Assembly: GCF_006345805.1 (NCBI RefSeq)
Contig: NC_043005.1
Span: 91,884,001 to 91,948,000, forward strand
DNA length: 64,000 nucleotides
Direction of reading: 5' to 3'
Source: Octopus sinensis
Taxonomy: Eukaryota
The translations under genes and the position numbers were made by a program. This document shows, piece by piece, positions 38,250 through 52,489 of the stretch. The first letter of the stretch is position 1, and each line of letters starts with the position of its first letter. The notes below the pieces were generated by a model. It worked only from the letters and a program-made list of their open reading frames with translations. It had not been told where the DNA came from and ran no database searches.

Positions 38250-39189
38250 ATTTAGATGATCAAAAGTTCAGACCTACCACTTAGACAACATTGTTTTTCT
38301 TGCCTAGATACATGATTCCAATTAAAAATTAGAATCCGTTCTACTTTCATGGTTGAATTGGTTAGATTAAGAGTTAAATCTGACTGTATTTTATAGATTT
38401 CACCAACAATTTGTCACGATACTTGAATTTATGGAACATTCAGCCAAAAATATAATGGAAAACTGGATGCCAAATGTACAATATATATAAAAATGTTGAA
38501 CAAATTTTCCCTTGATTTTCTATTTTTAATGTATAACACACAAGGAAATAAAATAAAAGTAAAAACATTAAAATCGCTGAGTGTAGTAGCTTTATAGTCC
38601 ATTACTTATCTGGGGACTTTATCCTTTTATGTCATAATATAAGTAAAGCCAGCTAAAAAATATTTTCATTCTTAATAGACATTGTCAATTTCCATGGCTT
38701 AAATTGTTCTGAATATTATCCAAATATATAAGACAAACATCTGGCTCATAGAAAATCATTCTTGAGTTGCCTTCAAATCACACTATATTAACTTTTTTAA
38801 AAAAAGGACATTTTGAATAATGTAGTTCAGGTTTCCTTTCTCATAGGAAACAGACAAGCTTGTCATAGCTAGGATATCTTTGGTTATAGGTTTACTTAAT
38901 TAAGACTGGTTTAGTTCCAGATAGCAATAATAAATATTCTTCTCTCAGAAAAAGTTTCTATCCTTCTCTTGAACTTATGTTAGTAAAATGCAAACTAACT
39001 GAGGGGATATGACATTAGATTATCAGCCCTTATGCTTTGAGTTCAATTCCACAAAAGGTGGGAGTGAGTGGATTTTATTGTGGCACTGATACTAGAGAAG
39101 CTGTCCCATGTTAGAAAACTAAAGAGCTCCTAATCTGTATAACTCTTACTTTAAATTACTGCACTCTGCTCTTCTATTCTGGCATGGAT

Positions 39190-39480
39190 CTTGCAGTGCT
39201 TTGATATTTGCCACAGTAAGTCCTTTGTCTTGCCATTCTTCATGACTAGGGTTTCGTCTCACCACCTACTGCAGCATGTCCTGAGTCTCATTCCCTTCTG
39301 CAGTCTTTCATCTAACCATCTGCATGTGGTGGTTCTTCTGTTTTGCTGCCATATGCAATCCTTCATCTTATTCGTTGGCCTCACCTCTTGGCATAGTCTT
39401 TTGGCACACACAACAAAGCAAAGAATGAGAATAGAATCATCCTGCTTTTCTGCTGCATACATCATTATTTTTGGCTGGTT
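39190..39480 (-). mobile_element. Very old RTE-like ORF C-terminal relic
   Basis: Weak similarity to the GRP..RWLD...W pattern; many stops. Confidence 0.3.
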
Positions 39481-39704
39481 TCTGTAGATTGATGCTGTTC
39501 CTGCCATCAACCACAGGTGATGAGAGGAACAACATCTATCCAGAGAAACTGGGACTGGGTGTATTCTGTTGTGCCACTGGCACTAAAAGGGTTCTTTCAT
39601 GACTGTCCAAATGTCAGATTGTCCTTTTTTCCCCCCTATGCATTTTAATTCAGTTGTGAATTTTTGATATCCAAGATCATGCTACTGGCCTCTTTGAGTT
39701 ATTA

Positions 39705-39742
<38 letters not shown>

Positions 39743-40074
39743 CACACACATCACATACACATCACACACACACACACACACAAACACACACATCACACAA
39801 ACACACACATCACACCACACACACACACACAGAGTCTAGCAATTTTTTTTAATTAGCAATGGCATAATTTCTTTATGACTCCATCATCATAGCATACTGT
39901 ATTTTCTGACTCCCTGTGACTTTTAGAAGGATTATTATTCAGTTGTCTTCCACTGTCATACAGAAGTTGAACAATGAGGGCTTAGAGTAGAATGTGCTGC
40001 AAACTAAACCAAAGAAAGTTTGGATAGGTTGTTACATAAGTCAACTCTCGTAGTCATGTTTCTAAAACATAACC

Positions 40075-40589
40075 ATAAAAGCGATGTGCACCCAAGAGGG
40101 TACCCTCCATCAGGCATTTGCCATATTCTGAATGCCTTACTTCCCTGGGCATGGATACATTGAAACTCCCATGTCTGGCAGCTGGCTTGGCAGACACCCA
40201 TAAAATTATTAACCATCTTACAAACAATAACTCTGAGCACCTTTTCAAACTCCACCTGTCTAACACCCGTGCACATGTTTACAAAGTCAGAAAACAGCAC
40301 AGCTCCCATGACTTTCGGAAATATTTTTTCACGCTAAGTGTTACTGAAGCATGGAACAAACTGCCAGCATTAGTTGTTAGTTGTCAGAGCACTGCATCCT
40401 TCAAAACTTCCATGCTTCCTGAGATTCACCAACACTACACCTGATTTTCTCCCCTCCAGACACATGCAAGCATGTATCTGACTCATACACTGTTCACTTC
40501 CCAGACATTTGTACATTACTGCATATGCTTTATACACACTTTTGACAAGTTGTGGTGCACCTGAGCACTGTATACAATAATTTCATTAT
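40075..40589 (+). mobile_element. CR1-clade LINE 3' end
   Basis: PYSECL.SLGMDTL...NTRAHVYKVRK...FFTLSVTEAWNKLP motif typical of CR1 ORF2 C-terminus. Confidence 0.85.
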
Positions 40590-41443
40590 CTTTATTTAAT
40601 AACAGAGCATACAGGTTACACTCAAATTGTCATTGCTTTTTAGAAAATTAAATGAGACTATAATTAAAATTTCTGGAATATTTGTAAGTAATACTGCTGT
40701 AAATAGCAGTCAGTAAATATGACCTTAAGCTGCAGTTTTTATTACACTGGTGCAATTGGGCACTTAAAGAGTTTTAAAATGTAATTTTCTGAAAAGCATC
40801 AACTGTATTTTGCATGACTTGTGACTAGATAAATATGACAGGCTAAACAAAATTAGAGAAATTACATGTTCTCTCTTCTAATAGTTAAACAAATAACTGT
40901 GATAAGAATAGCAACATTCTGTTAATTAGATTAATATAGGTTCATTTTTGAGAATATATAGGCAAAGATGTAATTGTTTATAATAATAATAAATCTGAGT
41001 TATGGTAGTTTTTCTATCAGGGATTATAAATAAGAAGAAAAAAAAATGATTTAAAATAAAATGAAAAAAACACAACAAAGGAAAAGATCATTTGATTGTA
41101 TCTAATTTTGAAATAACTTGTTCATTGCTAAGTAATGAAATTCACCAGTTCTTTATTTGTGTTTCTCTTTCTTTTTATTTTTGTATATTGTGCTGATACA
41201 ATAAACCCTGGAAAACAAACATTGTAGTTAGTCATAAGTTTACAATCAAAAGCTTTAAGCAAATTGTGGTTCATGATGATCTGTGTTCGATTTGATCTCG
41301 TTTAACTTTTGTTCTCATAGTTTTAATGAAAGAAGGAATGCCTTTGACAACTTATATTTAACTGTTGAAGGAAGTTAAATTTTTCTTATTGCTTTATAAG
41401 ACAAGATCAACCTGTAATCTGGAGTTTTATTTTGCATAATATA

Positions 41444-41659
41444 TGAGGGGGTGCTAAAAAGTTACTGGTTTTAAGGGTATCATGAAAGGCCTGGTTGGAG
41501 GCCCAACCTACCAAGTTCTTTTGCAGGGCATAGAAGCCTGCAGGACTGCTGCAATAAGTGTGTGAATCTGAGAGGAGAATATGCTGAATAAAATCATAAT
41601 TAACTGATCCTCCTGTGTTTTCTTTTACCCAAAGTTAGGACCTTTTCAGCTCACCCTCG
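41444..41659 (+). mobile_element. Internally deleted mariner derivative (216 bp)
   Basis: TIR-like tgagggggtgctaaaaagtt / ccttttcagctcaccctcg with TA flanks; encodes transposase end ...CNKCVNLRGEYAE*. Confidence 0.75.
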
Positions 41660-43259
41660 TAAGATTGTTAATTTCTCTGTGAAGTCAAGGGTTACTTTAC
41701 CCCACCTGTCCGGTAATATTCATATATTCTGATTAAACATGTAATCTTAATAATTGTGCAGGTGTGGATCTCCAATATCAATAAAGAAAATCAAGGGAGG
41801 ATTAAGTCTTTATCTAAAGCAGAATTTAATAAGAAATTTAATAATTGTGACTGTATTTCTAAAATAACGAATATCTATCATTATCCTATCTATTAACTGC
41901 TTCCTGTCAATTTTAAGTATCTTTTGTAAAAATCTATTTCATTCTTTGTCAACGTGGTAATTATAACTTGGATCCAATAGTACACAGCCTGAAGTGTTTA
42001 TCTGAAATAAATCACACTGAATAATCCTTCACAACAATAAATCAATAAATGTTTCTTGTTCACTCAATAGGATAATTTATAATTTATGTAAGGATATCAT
42101 TATATGGAGAGTGCTAGAGGAGAGCTACACATTCAGTGTAGCACTTTCCTGACATGCAATATATTCTCCTGTAAAGTAGTAATTAGTAATTCTAGTTACA
42201 CTTCCTTTTTCAGCATATCAAGGAAAGGGTGTTTTATTTGCAGTGAGAAGCTACACTAAGACATTCATTTCATGAGGCTTAATACGTTTGTTTTCTTGAT
42301 TTCAATCTTTGATCTTTGGATTTTTCTTTAAGAAAATGGAATAAATATAAGATTAAACTTTTCACTTTATTTTAAACACAAATACTGTATGTTTTTCTTA
42401 ATAGGAAATTTAGGCCTGAAATATCTTTTGTGGGTTACATTTAAAGTCACATTAGAAATTTTAATTTTGTAAACAGTCCCATTGTTATAAAATACAACTC
42501 TAAATATGCATGTATGAATGTGTGTGCATGCGTACATATGCATGCATGTATGTATGTAAAACACAATGTTGCATAAGACAGACCAGTATATTAGAGGAAT
42601 ATAATGGTATAACAGTTGATTACTTGAAGCTATGAATTTATACTCGTCCAAACGTAATTAGCTGAAATGATTTATTCATTGCAAAGTTTAATTTTGGTTG
42701 TCTGCCTTAGTCTCTGTCTTATTTAAAACTAAATATTACTCTACTCTCACAATTGAGAAGATAGTTATAGTTGTAACATCTGACTGTCATAACAGTTCAA
42801 ATTCTAGAGTTATTAAACACACAATATCAGAGGGAATAATAATCAAACACATCCAAATATTTGTTAACTTATTTCTATTGAAAACACACTGACTTTGCTT
42901 CGTTTAACTTCTGAAAATGATGGAGAATTTAGTGAAATAGCTGCCATGGAAGGAGGTTTTATTTTAGATTACTTTAAAAGATGTAAATTTGCATAATGGA
43001 ACCAGGGGTGTTTCAGGTGTACTGGTATCAAAGCATGACAGAATATGAAATTCCCAGAGAAATGAAAAGTTACCTGAGTTGTACCCATTTTGCTTCACAC
43101 ACATTTGTTAGTGAAGGTCAGTGAAGAAACGTATATCACAACTTGTCTCCCCACTTCCAGGAGACTTAATCACCCATTAATGAAGGTCTCTCTTGACTGA
43201 AGGTTATGCCATTAAATCTGTTGTACCTATACTGAATAAATATATCATTTTAAAATTAA

Positions 43260-43529
43260 CAACGTCACCTTACTGGCACCTGTGCAGGTGGCATGTTTAA
43301 AAAGATTCGAGCAAGGTCGTTGTCAGTACTGCCTGACTGGCCCCATGCTGGTGGCACGTAAAAGCACCCACTACACTCTCGAAGTGGTTGGCATTAGGAA
43401 GGGCATCCAGCTATAGAAACTCTGCCAGATCAAGATTGGAGCTTGGTGCAGCCATCTGGTTCACCAGTCCTCAGTCAAATCGTCCATGCTAGCATGGAAA
43501 ACGGACGTTAAACGATGATGATGATGATG
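43260..43529 (+). mobile_element. RTE 3' UTR/tail copy
   Basis: Same as 807-1149. Confidence 0.85.
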
Positions 43530-44887
43530 AACATCTGAGTATTGCTTTTTACTTAGCATTTCAAGTAATGTTATTGTAGTGAAATTTACAATAAATATTT
43601 ACTCTACAATACATATGGAGTGCTACTTGCAAGCACAAACTAATGCATGCATGTATTTTAACTATCTATCCATCTTTCTGTCTATCAGTCGATCTATCTA
43701 TCCATATATATGTACATATCTTTATATTTCCCACCTCAGATTTTCTGTTGAATAGCAAGATTATATTCTAACATATGGATATACTTCAGTGTAGCTGAAT
43801 TTTGCTCTTCACTAAGCAATGACATATATTGACAGAAAACAATCAATGATCCATAGCTTGCTGGTCAGAATAAACTGTCCAACCGTGCAAAGTTTTGTGA
43901 TCGGAATTGAATCGAGAGAAAAAAAATTTAGTGCATTGAACATGTTAGATCTTGATCTTAAAGCATTTTTACTTTATCCTAACAGATCATTATCATATAG
44001 CCAGGGCCGTCGCATGACTTTTAGAGGCCCCCTGCAACTTTCTCTTTTGAGGTCACATCTCTTCAATCAAAATTCATAATCTACCCATCTTTTGTTCATA
44101 GCTATATCTTATTTTATTCTATCTGAAGTTCAATATTTCACAGTATTCTAAAGAACATCTTTAAAAGTACAAGTTAAATTTATTTCGGGCTGGAACTATC
44201 ATATTATTTCGTGTTTAGGAAGGCCAACATTTAATATTCGATGGACTTACAAATATCAGAAGACAAGCATTTCAAAATAGAAACTGAAGTAGAGTTATCT
44301 CAGCTTTCGTATAAGTAGTTTATTCAAGAACATTAAAATACAAAAAATTTTCAGTCCAAAATAAAAGCAATATATTTCAAATTATATATTTTTGAAAAAT
44401 AGATGGAAATGTTCTCAAAGACTTGATAACAATTGAAAAAGCCTTTTTTTAATTCTATATTTATTTCACTGTTAGCTGTTGCAATATTTCGATTGAATAG
44501 ACAATTTCACAATTCAAATTGTAACGTAAAAATACCAAAGATGCAAAATATGAAGAATTTCTTACCTTTCGCTAAAATCACAAATTCAAGGAGAAAATCG
44601 TAACTTGCAAAATAAAATATCTCAATCACTAACTAGTTATCATTGAAGAATGCTTGGTGACAGTGAGCAAACAATATCTGTAAATGTACCTATATATGTA
44701 CATAGATAGATACACACAGAAAAACTTTTGTGTGTGTGTGTGCATGCATGCACACATGTGCCTTGGTTTTTTTGTACAGAATTTTGTCTCCAGTTTTTAT
44801 TGCCTTAGGAGGTCAAAGGCCGCTGTTCTGGGTACAAAGTAACCAGCTTTCCAATGTCAAATAACAACACCATACATATATATATAT

Positions 44888-45213
44888 GTAAAGAAGGAGC
44901 ACTCCGTTGGTTATGATGATGAGGGCCCCAGCTGATATGATCAATAGAACAGCTTGCTCGTGAAATTAACATGCAAGTGGCTGAGCATTCCACAGACACG
45001 TGTACCCTTAGCGTAGTTCTCAGGGAGATTCAGCATGACACAGAGTGTGACAAGGCTGGCCCTTTGAAATACAAGTACTATTCATTTTTGCCAGATGAGT
45101 GGACTGGAGTAATGTGAAATAAAGTGGCTTGCTCAAGTGTCTTGCTGAGAATTGAACTCACAATCTTAAGATCATGTGCCAAATGCCCTAACCACTAAGC
45201 CATGCGTCTTCAC
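44888..45213 (-). mobile_element. tRNA-derived SINE family C
   Basis: Minus-strand A box tggcttagtggttagg, B box gagttcaattc, then ttgagcaagccactttatttcacatt central domain. Confidence 0.75.
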
Positions 45214-45229
45214 ATGCACACGCACACAC

Positions 45230-45311
<82 letters not shown>

Positions 45312-45313
<2 letters not shown>

Positions 45314-45881
45314 AATCAAGCCAAATCAAAATAGATGAACATCAATGGAATTTGTATCCTTGTGGTACCAGTGCTGGTGCACATAAGAAAACTATCCGAA
45401 CGTGACCGTAGCCAGTACCGCATCGACTGGCCTCCATGCTGAGGGCACGTAACAAACACCATCCAAGCGTGGCCCTTCGCCAGCCTCGTCTGGCACCTGT
45501 GTCGGTGACACATAAGAAAACACCATCCGAGCGTGGCCGTCTGCCAGCCTCGTCTGGCACCTGTATCGGTGACACATAAGAAAACACCATCCGAGCGTGG
45601 CCGTCTGCCAGCCTCGTCTGGCACCTGTGTCGGTGGCACATAAAAAACACCATCCGAGCGTGGCCGTCTGCCAGCCTCGTCTGGCACCTGTGTCGGTGGC
45701 ACATAAAATCACCCACTACACTCTCGGAGTGGTTGGCGTTAGGAAGGGCATCCAGCTGTAGAAACACTGCCAGATCTGACTGGCCTGCTGCAGCCTTCGG
45801 GCTTGCCAGACCCCAGTTGAACCGTCCAACCCATGCTAGCATGGAAAGCGGACGTTAAATGATGATGATGATGATGATGAT
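45312..45881 (+). mobile_element. RTE 3' UTR copy with expanded 64-bp tandem array
   Basis: Units start at 45479, 45543, 45607 and 45670; standard tail. Confidence 0.88.
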
Positions 45882-46262
45882 ATATATATATAAGGCAAGG
45901 AAGAAAATGGAGAAAAGATTCAATTGACAAACATCAGTAAGAGTTATTTACTATAATTATAGGAATAAGTAAATAATAAAAAAAAATAAAACTCCACTCT
46001 TACAACTGTTTCTGCTTCAGGGATCCAGTATGCTACAGTTAACATATACAAAAATTGAACTCCAAAACTTCATCAGAGAGTCAGTATGTCCATAAGGGTA
46101 AGGATACAAGGTAAAAAGTAAAAAAAAGTAAAAAAAATAATGCCCAGGGGTGTATTAAGAAGTTGTGAGATCACATCTTATTGAAGTTTGATGGAGGAGA
46201 TAATAAAGATAAACGTTATAGGGTGGGGTAGATGGGATGAATTATATATATATAATGGGATG

Positions 46263-46297
<35 letters not shown>

Positions 46298-46305
<8 letters not shown>

Positions 46306-46438
46306 ACCACCTTTTATCAATTCAAAATGAACAATTAAATTACACCATCTAGAAAATTACATATACTAGAAATATTAAATATAAAATAACAATAATATAT
46401 TGATGATTAAGTAAATTGATAAAAGGTGGTTTTTCTAA
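46298..46438. mobile_element. 141-bp MITE-like element with perfect 25-bp TIRs inside (TA)n
   Basis: ttagaaaaaccaccttttatcaatt / aattgataaaaggtggtttttctaa. Confidence 0.8.
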
Positions 46439-46440
46439 TT

Positions 46441-46471
<31 letters not shown>

Positions 46472-46531
46472 TCTGAAATTTGATTTAGTATTTCTAAATT
46501 GAATTTTTCTCTGTAAGTTAGGAATTATTAT

Positions 46532-46585
<54 letters not shown>

Positions 46586-47489
46586 CCACACACACAGAGA
46601 AAGAGAGACAGACAGAGAGACTAAGAGATTTATGTGTGTTTGGTCTATCTTTCTGTCTGTCAGTCAATCAATCAATCAATCAATCTGAGCTGGCCAAAGC
46701 TTTGTGAATAGATTTGGTAGACAGATACAGAAAAAAGCCAATTGTATGTGTGTGTGTGTGTGTGTGTGCATGCGCGCACGTGTGTGTGTGTGTGTGCATG
46801 CGCGCGCGTGTGTGTGTGCATGTGTGTATGTATGCCTGTGGGTGTATGTACGTATAAGTATACACCCCCATCTTTCATCACCATTACTTCTTTTTCTATT
46901 TTCTTTTGAAGTTGTTCTTATTTTCATTGTTCGAATTTCTTTTGTTTTTCTTTTATCTCCTTAAGGAATTCATTGACATACTTTTTTTCATTTAATTTTT
47001 TCTGTTTCTTTTAAATTTATTTACGTACACCCTCGTATTTTTTTCCGTGTCTGGATTGAAATTTTCAGTTTACATTTTAACCAAAGTAAATAGCCTTGCG
47101 AATGGATTTGGTAGATAGAAACAGAAAAAAGCCAGTCGTATATGTGTGTATGTATGTATGTATGTATGTGTGTGTGTGTGTGTATGCGTATATATGTATG
47201 TATGTATGTGTGTACATATGATCTTAACATGTGACCCTTCAACTGCAGAGGCGCCCTGCAACCACAAGGGTTGTAGGGGCTTAGTGACAACCCTATTGTT
47301 TTATGATTTTAATAAGGGTGTAATATTGAACCAGGGCTTCAGACATATCTCAGTAACTAATGATGGAGGTGGTGGTGATATAATTTCATGGGGAGTAAGG
47401 GATCATTGTATGTTTCTTGTTTTTTTTTATTTGTAATGGTTTACATGATTCTTGGAAGTTATCAGCAAATCTTTTACTCACTCGAATCT

Positions 47490-47757
47490 TTTACACATGC
47501 CACTGGCACAGGCGCCAGTAAGGCGATGCTGGTAATGATCACGCTCGAACGGTGTCTTTTACATGCTACCAGCACAGAGGCCAGATAGCCGCTCTGGCAA
47601 CGATCACGCTCAGATGATGCTCTTAATACCCTACTAGCACAGGGCTCGAGTGCCAGTAAGGCGACGCTGGTAACGATCACGCTCGAATGGTGCCTTTTAA
47701 GTACCACTGGCACGGAAGCTGGTTAGCCGCTCTGTCAATGATCACACTCGTATGGTT
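47490..47757 (-). mobile_element. RTE 3' UTR tandem-unit fragment
   Basis: Reverse complement of the accagcgtcgccttactggcac / ggcaccattcgagcgtgatcg units seen at 43260. Confidence 0.7.
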
Positions 47758-49969
47758 TCATTTCACCAATTTCTATTGTGGTAAATTTTTTTTATGATAT
47801 TCTGAGAAATATTTCAAATGAATTGCAAAAATTGCTTCAGGTTTTAAGTCAGGAACTTTCTTTTCATGTGCCATCCTTGTAGGTGTTGATGTATTGATGA
47901 TCATGGATTTCCATGCCAAAGTCTGAAGATTCATAGTATTTCTTGGGGAAGATACAGCAGTAGTTTCCAATTGCCCTCTGCTGGTTTATTTACCATTTCC
48001 ATTGCTTCTGCTCTTATCCTTGAGGTACAGGGCTTATGTAACTTTAGGCAGCAGGACTGGTTTATTTAACCGATGGGCCAGTTCTCCAAATCCTATACTT
48101 ACCTACTGGACTATCTTCTACTATTTGACCTATAACTGGGGATCCTTGACAGTACTACCACTCTGGACCTGAGCATACCTGGGAGTAGTGTGACTAAGGA
48201 GTAATCCGCACTCTGCAAAACTCTTGATTTCCTTAACTGAAGCCACATCATTGGAAGCAGTTTAATGTCTTGTTTAGGAGTTGTGTGGAACATTGAGAAT
48301 TAAAGAATGTTTTTAAATACAGCTTTTGGGACAGGTGCAGCAGTCTAGTTACCTGTTAGCTATTTTAAATGCATTACTGTTTGGCTAAACAGTATTTAAA
48401 GCTAATAATTTTCAGAAAGTCTTTTTGTCTATTGTTTAACTGTATTTAAATTTTATAAGAATATGAATAAATGGCTGGTGATATTGTGGAATAGAATTCA
48501 AACTAAACAATCTTGGTTTTTAAAGTGAAAAGAAAATTACAGTTGTATGATGGGATAGGGCCCATTGTCACGATAATGACAAATTTAATTATCAAATTAA
48601 TTACATTAGAGGAAATGAAATACCTTGTATTTCCCAAATAATTTAATTCCTGTGATAAAGACATGTAATTAAGCTGTTGCACCTTAATTGCATTTATCAT
48701 TATCTTGGAGCAACTAAAAAATATTTTGAATCTATTAACCTAAAGGTTAATGGATTCTTTTAGACTCTGTATCTTTTCTTAGTTGACTGCACCCTGTCTA
48801 ATCACTGACTAATCAAGCTACCAGTTGACTTTGTTAACCTTTTATGCCTGGAGTAAATTAGTAATAGTACAACTATTGCTACGTTGAGATGCATGACTTC
48901 AATCAATTTTATAAGTAGTTGATTAGTTATTCAGCATTCCACTTCCTTTATTAAATCGCTTGAGAAACTGAACATGTTTCCAACAATTAAGAAAGATTTT
49001 ACACATGTTATTGACATTTAACATGTAAATACATCTCACAAATAATAGAAGAAACTAGATTTCCTAAAATATTATTAAATCCACAAAGTTTAGACAGAAT
49101 GAATTTGTTATTGTTGATAAATGTTTGTTTTCATTAACGAAGCATCAATTACAGAAACAAGTTCTATTACAGCTGGTATTTGGAAATTTCCCTTTCTTTG
49201 CACTACTGTCTAGCAAAATCATGTTGAAACATCATAGCAATATATCTAATCACTGATTCACCAATTCGATCATAGATGTGTTCTCATTGTTAAAGATTTG
49301 CTTGTTGGAGGAAAGATTTGCACTGATGCAAATCAAGCCATGTGCATGATTATTTTGCTGTATTGATTGGTCAGTCTTCAGTCATATGTAATTCCTGTTT
49401 TGTTTATTAGAACTTTTCTCTTGTGATAAAGGCAAAAGCCTTTACAGCAGGAGATTCTTTTTAAATGCTAAGGAAAGTAATTTATCTAAAGATATATTTT
49501 TTCTTATTATACTACAACTCCACATCACTAAACACCAAAGATATGCGTAAACCTAAATTTCTACAAGAGTTAACATGCTTTTTACTTAGTCTTTTATTTT
49601 GTGGTGCTTTACTGAAGTAAGAGGGAACAGGTATGCATAGGATAACAACAAAGAAGGAAATGAGAGGGGTTTAGGTTTCTAACTATATTTTAGCACCTAC
49701 CACCACTCCTAGGTTGAAGGCATTGGCATGATTTATGGGTAATATGGATCAATTTCAGCAGTAATGAGGAAAGCAAAAGAATATGTTCAGAAGGAATTAA
49801 AGATTATATACCACTGAATCTCTATTAGATCTTTGAATATCTCAGAAATATATTTTTATATATTGGTTTTTGATGCATGAGCAATACTCACTGCTTTAAT
49901 CTAAAATTTTTTAAAGGGTTATAAGATAGTAGAAGTTGAAATAATGTTCTGAATTAGAAACAGATAATT

Positions 49970-50196
49970 TAGCTCTTTTGTTACCAACCTGGCTGAAGCC
50001 AGCTCTGGCTTTGTAGTACAAATGTCTTGTTTTCATAAGTTTTGAATCAAAATCTTCCACCAAACCTTAGTTGCAATTTATGTTCCTAACACTAGCTTAA
50101 TGATAACTAATGTTTTACTAAATTCTTTGTTATATTTAAAATAGTTGAAAGAAACACAGAGCATCTCAAAATAAATATGGTAATGAAAGGGTTAAG
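49970..50196. mobile_element. Degenerate MITE with TTAA-type ends (piggyBac-like)
   Basis: ttagctcttttgttacc vs reverse complement of ggtaatgaaagggttaa. Confidence 0.4.
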
Positions 50197-50401
50197 TTCT
50201 GCAACATGTTAACATAATTTAATGAACATATTTTAAAAGATCAAAAATATGTTAGTGTAATTCACGGAGAAAAACAAAGTGTCAGTACAATAATATTGTT
50301 AGTGAGTATAATACCTTAACCTGGGGTTCCTGAATTGGGGTTTGATTACCTCTGGGAGTATGTGAAAGAAATTATGAGGATATGAGAGTTTTGTAAATAT
50401 A

Positions 50402-50434
<33 letters not shown>

Positions 50435-50742
50435 AATTATTGTATACAGTGCTCAGGTGCACCACAACTTGTCAAAAGTATGTATAAAGCATATGCAGTA
50501 ATGTACAAATGTCTGGGAAGTGAACAGTGTATGAGTCAGATACATGCTTGTGTGTGTATGGAGGGGAGAAAATCAGGTGTAGTGTTGGCGAATCTCAGGA
50601 AGCATGGAAGTTTTGAAGGATGCAGTGCTCCGACAAATAACAACTAATGTTGGCAGTTTGTTCCATGCTTCAGCAAATCTTAGTGTGAAAAAATGTTTCC
50701 GAAAGTTATGGGAGCTGTGCTGTTTTCTGACTTTGTAAACAT
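50402..50742 (-). mobile_element. CR1 3' end with (ATT)n tail, same family as 40075-40589
   Basis: VYKVRKQHSSHNFRKHFFTLRFAEAWNKLP; near-identical 3' UTR in opposite orientation. Confidence 0.88.
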
Positions 50743-52489
50743 AATGGAATTTTGAAGTAATCACAACCAGTTAAACATAACTTGTATCTAGAAAACGTAT
50801 GGCCTGTCTTTAGCTGTTGCCATTCACTTGGCATTGTGAACAAGTGTTTTCAGCAATGTTTATAACCAAAAACTAATTTCATGCAAGAATGTTGATTGAG
50901 AATGTTATATGTGCTGAGAATGAAGTTATTTGTTAGAAAGAGCCAAACTAATTCATCTCTTTCAAAATGTAATATTAAATTAACTCAGACTGATTTCTTA
51001 CATAGGCACAAGTTCTGACATCTTGGGAGAGGAAACATTTAATTATATTGATTCCAGTATTTCACTGGTACCCTGGAAGGATGAAAGGCAAAGTTGACTA
51101 CTGTGGGAGTTGAACTCTTTAAATTAAATTGAATTAATAAAGCATGTGGAATCCAACCATTTTACATTATATTCTTCACATGGGTTATGCCAACACTGCT
51201 AAAAATGATCAAGGGGTATGCTGCCAGAAAAATTTGCCTAAGGTAAACTTGAACTAAGTAAAATTTTTATAATAGATATAATAGTCTTGAAATTTTGTAT
51301 TTTCAACCTTTAACTGAGATCAGTCAAACTCTTGCATTGTGTTTGATAGAGGAATATTTGGTGTCACATCATCTAGGCAAGTATATTATTGTTGCAGGAA
51401 TAAATTCTGGACCTAAAAGCCACATGAGTCTTTATAGGCATTTGCATTCACAGCCTTTTAGTTTGAGGTATAGCAAAATATATATTCACTTGACCACAGA
51501 GTTATTTTAATGTTGCAATGGCAGACTATATTATGATTATTGTCTGTGTCAAACAAGCTACTTTTCTGTGTTGATCTTATTTTACCATGATTGTTGACTA
51601 TTTTGGTTTGGTAAGAGAGTAGACAAGAATTTCTACATGACAACTGTTTGAGAGTAAGCCATATTAGTTCTAAATAGATTCTGTTTAATACAAGGTTAAT
51701 GAATTTGCTGCAGATAAGGTTTACTTTTCTGGTTTAACATATTTATTTTTTCCAAGTGAATGGCAATTGGTCACGCTATTGAAAACAAATTTTTAATATA
51801 ATAGTTAAATCGGGAAATTTTCCTGTCTTGATAAGGAAATAGTTTGAGATATTCAAGTAGCAAAGCTTATTGAAAAATGTGATTTGAAAAAAAAAAAAAA
51901 GCATGACATTAATAGAACACACAAGAATTTCATTAAAAGTAATGAACATTACTTTACCGGTTAGTCTCATGTAAAGCTTTGTGAGAGCCTCTACATAGTT
52001 ATTTGGCATGCTAAAAATAGTAACCAAATCTTCTAATGTAATCTTCAATGCATTATACCTGGAAAAAACACAGTTATGGTGGTGAGGCATTTGATTACAC
52101 AAGTCAACAAATAGTATTTATCAGAGATGATTTTTTTTAAAGATATATTTAAAGTAGTTTTTGAAATTGCTTTTGGTTTTCCCTTGGAAGTGTATATTTT
52201 GAGATACAGTCATTTTTTTCCTTCATTGTCTAATTCTCTACATACAAGAAAATTTGAGCTATCATGTGAAGGACTTTGAAATACCAAAGGTAGAGCTTCT
52301 CATCTTTTACCTGAAATGAAGTCGCTTGAAGAAAACATAACAGTGAGTTAATGTAGAAAAGTGGAATTTTAATTAAACTTTTATTTGGAAGTGGAAGGTG
52401 TTTTTATAAGGCATGCAAGTGATGATCTTTTATAGAGTCATCTTTACAAAGTTTAAAAGCTGTTATGTTAATAAGGAGATTCTTCATAA

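Noticed and set aside
44002-44825. Possible hAT-like element starting cagggccgtc
   Set aside because: Right end weak and no matching 8-bp TSD
45479-45715. Regularly spaced 64-bp repeats resembling a CRISPR array
   Set aside because: No unique spacers, no cas genes, eukaryotic context; it is a tandem expansion within an RTE 3' UTR
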